A stretch of DNA of 64,000 bases from Paramecium tetraurelia. Taxonomy: Eukaryota. Positions within the stretch are counted from its first letter, which is position 1; the number at the start of each line of letters is the position of its first letter. The notes under the pieces were generated by a model. It made no database searches, had not been told where the DNA came from, and saw nothing but the letters and a program-made list of their open reading frames with translations. A program made the translations under genes and the position numbers. The stretch is taken from contig CT868319.1 in assembly GCA_000165425.1 (NCBI GenBank), positions 1-64,000 on the forward strand, read 5' to 3'. This document shows, one piece after another, positions 55,620 through 64,000 of this stretch.

Positions 55620-56569
55620 TCATAATAAAGAGCACCACCCTTGTTTTTAGTTCTATGGATCTTCTTCAACCTTTTTGAATTATTATTTTCTTGCGTTCTC
55701 CTTTTATTGAATAATATCATTTATAAGGCCAGTAAACATCTGATTGACATTGGACCCATTTTTGGCTGAAGTCTCATAAAAGAGTGCTTTGAATTAAGCA
55801 GCCAACTACTTGCCCTCATCATAACTAATGACTCTCTCAGAACCTAAATCAGTTTTATTTCCGACAATAACAATGGAAGGTACATATTCTTATTTCTCAA
55901 ACAGCTATTAAAATAACAACAGAGTATTTTTGATATCTTCAAAACTTTCTAAAGAGTTCACTGCATAAGTGAATATCAATCCTTCTTTGTCTTTCATCCA
56001 TTGAGTTCTTAAGGACGTGTATGCTTCTTAACCACAGGTGTCAGAAATCTTGGTTGATGGATATACAATTTTACCTCGATTTAGCATTGCTAATCACCCA
56101 CAATCACTCTTTTTGTGTATTTATCCAAAAGAGTGAGACTATAATCTTCAAAAAATTCGTTATTAACCCATCGAGTCGTCAAATTAGATTTTCCAACAGA
56201 ACCCATTCCCAACAATGAAATCCTGTATTAAACTAATTATTTTGATTCGCCATAAGAATTTTAAAAATTAGAATTATAATTATTGAACTCCTCTCCCTAT
56301 ATTAATAACACATTTTAGCTATACACTAGATATGAAATAACTTGCTCCCATTTATATGCTATCAATGTCCATTATCTCTTTTCCTGATTGATCAAATATC
56401 CTGGATGCTCTTAGATCTAATAATTATTATGTCCAAAACCTAAAACTGCTGAGCACATTTGCAAAAACTTCCTACGATCAGTTTCCTTTCTCAAATAATG
56501 CACCTTCATTGATTTACGTGCATCTGCATTATTGTATATCTGTATTGTAACATTATTGGTATTTATCAT
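55620..56569 (-). CDS. Ras-family GTPase with N-terminal KHA/DCX-like domain
   Basis: 290 aa after introns at 56417-56439, 56297-56324 and 56049-56074; GMGSVGKS, DTCGQEAYTSLRTQWM, GNKTD, ETSAK; terminal CSLL. Confidence 0.88.
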
Positions 56570-57738
56570 ATAATTTATTATATTTTCTTTATAATTTTCA
56601 TTATTCTAAAATACACAAAATGAGGAGTGAAACAACGCATTTTTCATATAATATCATTGAATCATAACATAAAATAAAACACTGGAACCTCATTCATAAT
56701 CCCAAAGGAGCATCACAACTCCTTACCTAATTATTATCTTGATTCAACTCCTCAACTAACCATCCAATCTCAATGCATACTAAAATATGATAATTATATC
56801 CATATGACCATATAATGAATAAATAATATCTGAAGTCATCTTAAGTGATTTATGTATTTTCACCTACTTTTTTTGTATTCAAACATCTTACATCGTTTTA
56901 ATAATCTTAATTCCCTTACTAAATAGAATGCATGTTTGTGGGGTATAGACATTCTTTTTTTTGAATTCTTTTATGCATTTTGAGAACATTACTATAAATA
57001 CATTTCTAAGATTACAATTAGATTAACAAGATGCAGTCATTAAATGGTTTTAACAGATTGTTATTTAATCTCAAGGTCTTGATTCATTCTAAAATACATT
57101 GACTATTCTCGTAGCACTTCTAACCTATTTAATTATTGTTATTCTCCCTTTGTAATCGACAGGCGTTTTTAATTTCTTTTGATAATATATTAATTAAACT
57201 CATAAATTACAAAAAATATTTATAGATGTCACAAAACAAATGTATAAATAAACTAATTTAACATACAATTAACAAGATACTATATTATTAATCAATAATC
57301 GTTAGCAGTTTAACTACTAATTCTCAAAAAGAAGCTTGCTATCAATATTTTTTCCATCAAATTAAAAAGAAAACTAAACTACCATGAATTATAGTTTGTT
57401 TAATAATTAAAAATAAGTTGAATAAATAGTTTATGTTGTTATATCTTTGTAAATAGACTGGATTGAATATGAAAATCATTTTGTTATAAAAACAATACTT
57501 CAATATTTTAAATGATTTAAAGTTGTTAATATTATAATAATATTTCGATATTATATTTTAATTATTTCAATATTTAGTTTAATCCTGATAAAAAAAGTGC
57601 AAACTAGATTATTATTAAAAATTTGGATTGAAAAATCATTCAGGTTTTGATCATATTAATCATTTTACATGATTATAATACTAATGTTTATTTGTATTAC
57701 ACATTTATTAATTTTGAAATGATTTATTTTCAGTAATC

Positions 57739-60438
57739 ATGTTTAGAAGAAAAAAAGTAGGATATGCCGAAGAATTAAGCATCCCTCCAAAGTCCTAAAT
57801 AGTTGGAAGATACTCTAGAACGCATAAAGGAAGTATATAAATAGATTATAAAAAGTTTCGAGAAGAATTTATGGCTTCATTGCAAGAATACTTAACAATT
57901 AGACTGTCTAATGATGATTAAGACCCTTGTGAAGAGGTATATTGATCTATAAATATGAGTAGGTGATCTAAATCATTAAAAACCTATGTATCAAACTTGT
58001 AGATAAACCTCTCTGGAATTTCAAGGAATTAGCTGCTGAGCTCGAATTGCAGCTGGAGGGACACATAGGTATAGGTTGAGTTTAAACTATGTATTTTTTT
58101 TAGACGATTATACCGTGTTTAATTAAGTCAAATAATTGATTTCCAGTTTGAATGCCCAATACTCAAACAAGTTTAATTAAATAAGTTCTTGTTATTTAAA
58201 GAGTATATAAAGTGAAAAGGCCATCCCGAAGCAACAAATAAAGAGAATATGTCATTATGATGAAGGTAAATGTAAGCCTAATAATACAAGTTTAAGAGTT
58301 GATACCAAATACACGGGATAGAGTGGAGGAAATAAACCAACATCTTTTATCATTTATCCAGTATAAACTTATTATTTCATTTGATTAGTCATGACAGCCT
58401 ACTACAGGTGGATCCGTGGTGTTGTCCATTCTAATCTTCATTTGGGGTAACTTTAACAGATCAAGATATTTCATATTAGGCTAAAAAGTTGAATGTTGAC
58501 ATAATTTTGATTGATACTTTTGGAATCAAGTAAAATATATCCCAAAAGCTGTTTCTTCTGTTCCCAAATTATGAGACAATTTTACCCCAGTTGTCATCAT
58601 CGATCAATATCAACAAAGGGAATTTATAGCAAGTAATGTCGAATTTATTTTGGATAGGCTTTATCAAACATATACGATGTATCCAATATCCTTGTGGATT
58701 GGCCTAACATACTCACATTGAAGGGGAAAGGAGTGGTCTGTTGTAACTTCGATGGGTTTGTAACCAATGAATTTATCAACTTTTATTTTGGAGAAGTTTA
58801 CACTCCTCAGAGATGGTTTGAGAAGTAGACAGTTTTCAATAAGAGAATGTAGGATGGAAATAGAAAATCGGGTTTCTAAAGTCCGTATGCAGAATTCCAC
58901 ATCAATGATGAACTCTTAGTAAGAAAGTTAAATATAAAAAAAGTTTATTGATCCAACTAGGTATGGAAATATCGCATTACACATTTCATATTCTTGTGAT
59001 CCAAATTGTAAATTTGTAACTGTTTAAATCAACTCTTCCTATTAACTTGCTATTTTTACATTGAAAAAAATTAATTATCTAGAGGAGTTGACTCTCCCCT
59101 TCCCATCCACATCAAATGACTTGTGTCTGTGTGGGTCCATCTACTGCAAAAGACTCTCACAATTAGAAGCATTCAATAATCGACTAACTCAAAATTACCC
59201 TAATTATATTCAAAGAAATGCCTTACTATTATAATCAACTATTTTTGGAAAAATCAATAATTAAACCACAATTCCTGATTGGTTGAGTAACTGGGAGAAA
59301 CTGAACTCAGCCTAAGATCAAATCAACATCCTGACATGTGTGGATAAAGTTAAATTTGTACTTAATACGTTGAATGTCACTACTCCACCATTATATCTGG
59401 TTTTTGATACCTTTGATGTATTTTGGAAGAATTATGACAATAACAAACCTAAGAATGAACTGAAATAATCCATTTTCAATGAAGTCAAAACAATGTTGAT
59501 GAGACATTCAGATAGGAAAGAATGTCAAGAAGGATTGGAAATCTTACAATTAATGAAATCCATAATAGAAAGTAAAGATCAATATAAAATGTAATTGACA
59601 AGACTCCTATTGCTTGTATTAAGCGAATTATTGTTGAAGATGGAGTCAGCTCCCTTTCATAACGAAGGTTTATCTACAATATTATATTTTATGTCATTCA
59701 CTCATACATACTTCTCATCAACTTAATATGAGGGATTCAATGGCAAACCTTTTGAAGAAAATGAGTTTGAATACATCCCATAACCAAAAAATAAGTAGAA
59801 ATTAGCCTTGTCTAAAATGTACACTCCCTAATACATATGGGGTCAATTAATCAATTGGAATAAGCAAACTCTCCAAAATCCTTAATCTTCTATGGCTCAA
59901 GAAAGAAGAGGAGTCCTGTGTTACCCTTCTTTAATACTGTCTTTTGACAATAAACATAAATTATTTCCTTATTAATGCAAAACAAGGGAAAAATTTCTAG
60001 AGTACTTCTACACTAAAAGTGATATCCAACCTGATCTATCTATTTGGTCATACAAAAATTAATATAAGTATATATTTTAAATATGAAATTTTAGTGTCTA
60101 TGGAACAATATTTTTCGAACAATGTTTTTCATAATAAATAGTGGGAGAACAATTCATTACTGAGATTTCAAAGTGTGGTCTAGGATCCTTCTTAAACAAG
60201 TTTAAATTTTGGTTATAAATTGAAAGTAGATTCAAACAGGATAATCAAATGATAGAATACTTAAATTTCATATATGAAAAGTAATTGCATGTTTAGTAAT
60301 ATTAGATATTTTGTAAATATCAACAATTAATTACGTAAATTCAATTCAAATTCTGAATGCACAGAATAAGTAGCCAAAAAGATAAAATAAAATAATCACT
60401 CAACCATCATTGATGAAACATAATAAGGATAATTTTGA
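57739..60438 (+). CDS. ATXR3/SDG2-like SET-domain protein with altered catalytic motifs
   Basis: KGKGVVCCNFDGF..NEFINFYFGEVYTPQRWFEKQ...IDPTRYGNIALHISYSCDPNC...EELTLPF...CLCGSIYC, and distal YTPQYIWGQLINWNKQT..P.......RRGVLCYP; about seven introns; stop is 60354-60356 if the last intron is retained. Confidence 0.82.
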
Positions 60439-60552
60439 TTTTCTTTTTCGTTAAATGTTTTTTCAACAAAATATTAGTTAATTTGGGAATTTTTTACGAA
60501 TTTATAAATTTTATATTAAAATTATTTTTCACTTATATTATTTTAATATAAC

Positions 60553-61518
60553 TCATAAACCTACTGCCTTAGTACTTAAATCCCATAATTATGTTTCTAA
60601 TCCACATTCCCTCACTAATTTAGTTGATTTAGATAATTGGTTTTTTTAATAATATCCTTATGGCACTAATTCTTCATATGGTTATAACATTGTATACTCA
60701 GTCGTTCTTGAACCTTGCTCTTCATTTAATGAGAACTAAGACATCAAATATATAACCACTGTAGCAATGGCACTTAATATTCGATTTGATCCATTTTTAG
60801 AACCAAAGATCTCTGTTCTTACAAATCCAGGATGTAGTGATACAGCCTTTATTCTTCTATTTTCCTTGTCAAATTTCTATTATAAGGCTTAGGTGAACAA
60901 AATGTTAGCAAACTTTGTTGTGGCATAAGTACTCATTCCCATACCTATTTCTCCTTTGATTGCCTTCTGAAAGTCAGGAGCTGACCTCACGAATTCATGA
61001 GCCCCACTTGCCACATTAATTATTCTAGACTTGTCACTCATAACATCCAAAAGAAGATTTGTCAAAAGAAAATGGCCCAAGTGATTTGTGGCAAATGTGA
61101 GCTCATGGTTCAAATTGTTTTTTTATTCGTTGATAATAAATATACCAGCATTATTGATTAGGTAATCACATTAGTTGAATCTTTATTTAAATTCTTTAAC
61201 GAATTATCTTACCGAATCATAATTTGGTAAATCCAAATTTATATAATGTAAATTTTTATTCTTACTTATCTTTGATATTTCATCGATAATTATTTGAGTT
61301 TTTTCCTTACTTCTACATGCAAATATCACTGTTGCACCTCTTTAAGCCAACTTCTTGGCTGTCTCCTTACCAACACCGGCAGAAGACCCTGTCACAATAG
61401 CGATCTTGCCAGTTAAATCCACGTTATAAGTTCTCTTCGGTCCTGCCTTATTCAATGAATAAATAAATCCACCCAAAATAATGGCTATTAGGATTATCAC
61501 TATAATAAAAAATATCAT
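60553..61518 (-). CDS. Short-chain dehydrogenase/reductase (retinol dehydrogenase/WWOX-like)
   Basis: N-terminal TM; AIVTGSSAGVG, LINNAG, FATNHLGHFLLT, RIINVASGAH, YATTK, SLHPGFVRT; 321 aa intronless. Confidence 0.95.
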
Positions 61519-61875
61519 AATTAAAATATTAAATCATATATTGAATTTAAGAAACCTTTTATAGTAGAAACAGCGTATTAAAGTAGGTATTATTATTGGA
61601 ATCTAATTGATATTTGATCTTATTGCGTATTTGATCTTTGACAATTATAAAGTTTAGTATTATTTGAGAAAATAAACTTTATTCTTATTTCCTAAAAAAA
61701 GTGTTATCAAAGTTTGTAAATAAAAATTCTAAATCCTTTGCATATTCCAAAGCCCCTTCAATTTTTTGAGATTTCTTAGTGGATGGAAAGAGAGAGATGA
61801 TATTTTGTTTAATAATATTATTGAAAATATGATATTTTATATAAGAAGTGGAAAATAATTAAAATAATAAAGTCT

Positions 61876-62178
61876 TCATCCTTTCCTAATGTTATTGCAT
61901 TTAAGTAGGATTTCTTCCCAAGCGTCACTTGACTTCTTCGGTCGTCTTCTGAAATTGCTCTCTATCATTCTTTTTAGCTCTTTAGATTTATTGCTTGATG
62001 GAGTCTGAGAACTATAATCTGGATATTCTATCTAGATCTTGTAGAGAGATGGTTTAGGTTATCGGGTCTATAATTGATTCTTGGTTTGATTTTCTTTGTC
62101 GTCGTCTTCTAATTACCATCGAGAGACAGTGAGTTCTTTTTCTTGGAAGAATTCGCTTTCCGTTGATTAATTTATCAT
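61876..62178 (-). CDS. 100-aa hypothetical protein with KEN motif
   Basis: MINQSTESEFFQEKELTVSRWQLEDDDKENQ...; intronless frame from ATG to TGA. Confidence 0.6.
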
Positions 62179-62203
62179 TATTTAATTTATAGAGAATCGA
62201 TAA

Positions 62204-63153
62204 TCAAAATTAGTTATATAATTGTGTTCTTTCATACTTATAAAAGTTGTGGGAGTCCTTCAAATCCTCCCTTTCCATTCTCTCTTTGGATTCGCATATC
62301 TTATACTTTTACCTGCAGAAATTGTGATTCTTCTTGAACTCTTTGAACTTGGATTAATCAAAATTGCATCTATTCAAATTACAGTAATATTTCAATTGCT
62401 TGCTAACCAAATACATTTGTAAATAAATCTCCTGGATCTGATTGACATCATGAGTGCTCGTTAATTTAGACAACAAATCAAGAGTCTGATTCTGATATGC
62501 AATGAGGTCTTTGATGATTAGATCAAAACAATAACGAAGTTTCTAATTTCTCTATCCTTCAATGATCCTTAATCCCAAGCATTAGATATTTTAGATGACG
62601 AAACAATCTATTATGGGGATTTCACAAAGCTGTTGCATGCACACTCTCTTCAAATAGATGTAATAGACTTGCAGAATCTGTTGGTAAGTTAGAGGATCCC
62701 TCAATTCTTGAAATTGGACTTTCTTGTCTGTTACACTCTTTCTGCATTCCGGTTCCTCCCTGAAATAATTTTACTCCAAAGTCTATTTGGGTGTGCTATT
62801 CCAACTGGGTGCCACATTCATACTTCTGGAAATTGTCAAGTTTAATTCAGTAGGTAATCTCTCTAAAGCAAAACTAGTATCGAGAGTTTTTGTTATCATG
62901 CCTATATTGCAATCCGCAAATATTTCCTTCGGAAGTGAACATTATTGAATCATCCAATGGAAGACACTTAAGAGTCGAATTATTTATTCAGGTTGCAATG
63001 CAGAATCAAATGGTTTTGATAGTTCTTAGAATACTTTCTACAAGCCTATCTAAATGCTATAGAAACTATACCGATACTGAGGATCTACTCCCCAGAACTC
63101 CCTATCTCCTCATTTTTCTGATTCATTATACGAATTAGAATGGTTTTAATCAT
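62204..63153 (-). CDS. Helical protein, possibly degenerate ANTH-like
   Basis: IIRLLSVFHWMIQQ and ILQVYYIYLKRV recall ANTH helices; 5' introns uncertain. Confidence 0.55.
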
Positions 63154-63171
63154 TTTAATAAATAATAAATT

Positions 63172-63896
63172 TCAGGAAATGAATCTCCCGGTAATGGGAT
63201 CCCTACAACCTAATCTATACTAAGGAATCTCAGAAGTATTGAACGACTAATGCTTCATCTCCGAAGTCGGGTTCCAATAGTCAAAAGCAGAAGCCTTTTT
63301 TATTCGCTCTTAATTTGCCTATCGATCATAACATCTCAAGCACATACTTCATGATTAGTAATGATATCATATTTCTCTGGTTTCGGATGATAAACCAATT
63401 ATTTTTACGGCGGTTTGGGCTCTTGAGCAATCAATTAAGCAGTTTTATAACTCGGATGGTCATCCCCCCATCACTATTTAAGTGGCCATCAATGTGAGTT
63501 TATCTCTAATAGGCTTGGCTCTTGGAGGATTCTGATAGTCCTTATAGTTCTTGTATTCAGTATTGAAGTGAGTGTCCTTTGTGTAAGGCACATTAATATG
63601 ATCAATGTGAATAGTAGGTGGATGCATATTCGCACACTAAGGTTGTATTAGCACATCTGTACATTCTCCCTTTTCACTATTTCTTTGTTTGGTTTGTAAT
63701 CCACTTCGTAAACTGTTTCATTCGATTATTGCCAGGGTTTCCATCCTATGTTGTAGTGATGTTCTCTCTATTCCATGCCTATTGGTGGAGCATACATGCC
63801 CACTCCAACATCCAGATTCTCAGAAATACCTTTGAATACTCCTTTGTACCCTTAAGTCTAAGGGCCTGGATCACGGTGAATTTCTCCAATGCTCAT
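63172..63896 (-). CDS. Hypothetical protein with an apparent 1-nt frameshift in a G6 run
   Basis: MSIGEIHRDPGPQTQGYKG...QIVMG; removing one G continues GDDHPSYKTAQ...KYDIITNHE(intron)...RDPITGRFIS-TGA. Confidence 0.6.
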
Positions 63897-64000
63897 ATAT
63901 ATTTATCATAAAATTTGATTAAATTTTCTAATTCCCAATCTAATGAATGAGAAATGGGATTAAAAATAAGCAATAATTTTGTAAGAGCTTTCAATATAAA

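Noticed and set aside
56230..56253. ATG at 56253 as start of a stand-alone Ras
   Set aside because: Out of frame with the G domain and stops after 24 codons; the G-domain frame continues upstream through canonical introns.
56600..57700. 1.1-kb spacer with short ORFs
   Set aside because: Multiple TGAs and no motif; at most a decayed duplicate.

Overview
Very AT-rich, gene-dense eukaryotic DNA that reads in the ciliate nuclear code (TAA/TAG = Gln, TGA the only stop) with tiny 20-32 nt GT..AG introns and intergenic gaps often under 50 nt. This is what Paramecium macronuclear DNA looks like (inference), probably near a scaffold end, with an N-gap at 1192-1341. The supplied standard-code ORF track fragments every gene, so I retranslated by hand. 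About 36 protein-coding genes can be supported. Housekeeping genes: MiaB/CDK5RAP1, FYV7-like, CFAP52, aspartyl aminopeptidase, DHHC, PAP2, H2A, succinyl-CoA ligase beta, CK1, RPC2, CTL and an SDR. Most interesting: a Ras-like GTPase fused to an N-terminal KHA/DCX-like domain; a kinesin-13 with an N-terminal SAP-like motif; an ATXR3/SDG2-like SET protein with substituted catalytic residues; a decayed chitin-synthase-like membrane protein; a GCGGGTTTRAA promoter motif shared by the H2A gene and a D-box/coiled-coil gene; and nested palindromes at the window start. Family assignments come from remembered motif consensus, not database searches. No rRNA, tRNA, CRISPR or telomere array is supportable.
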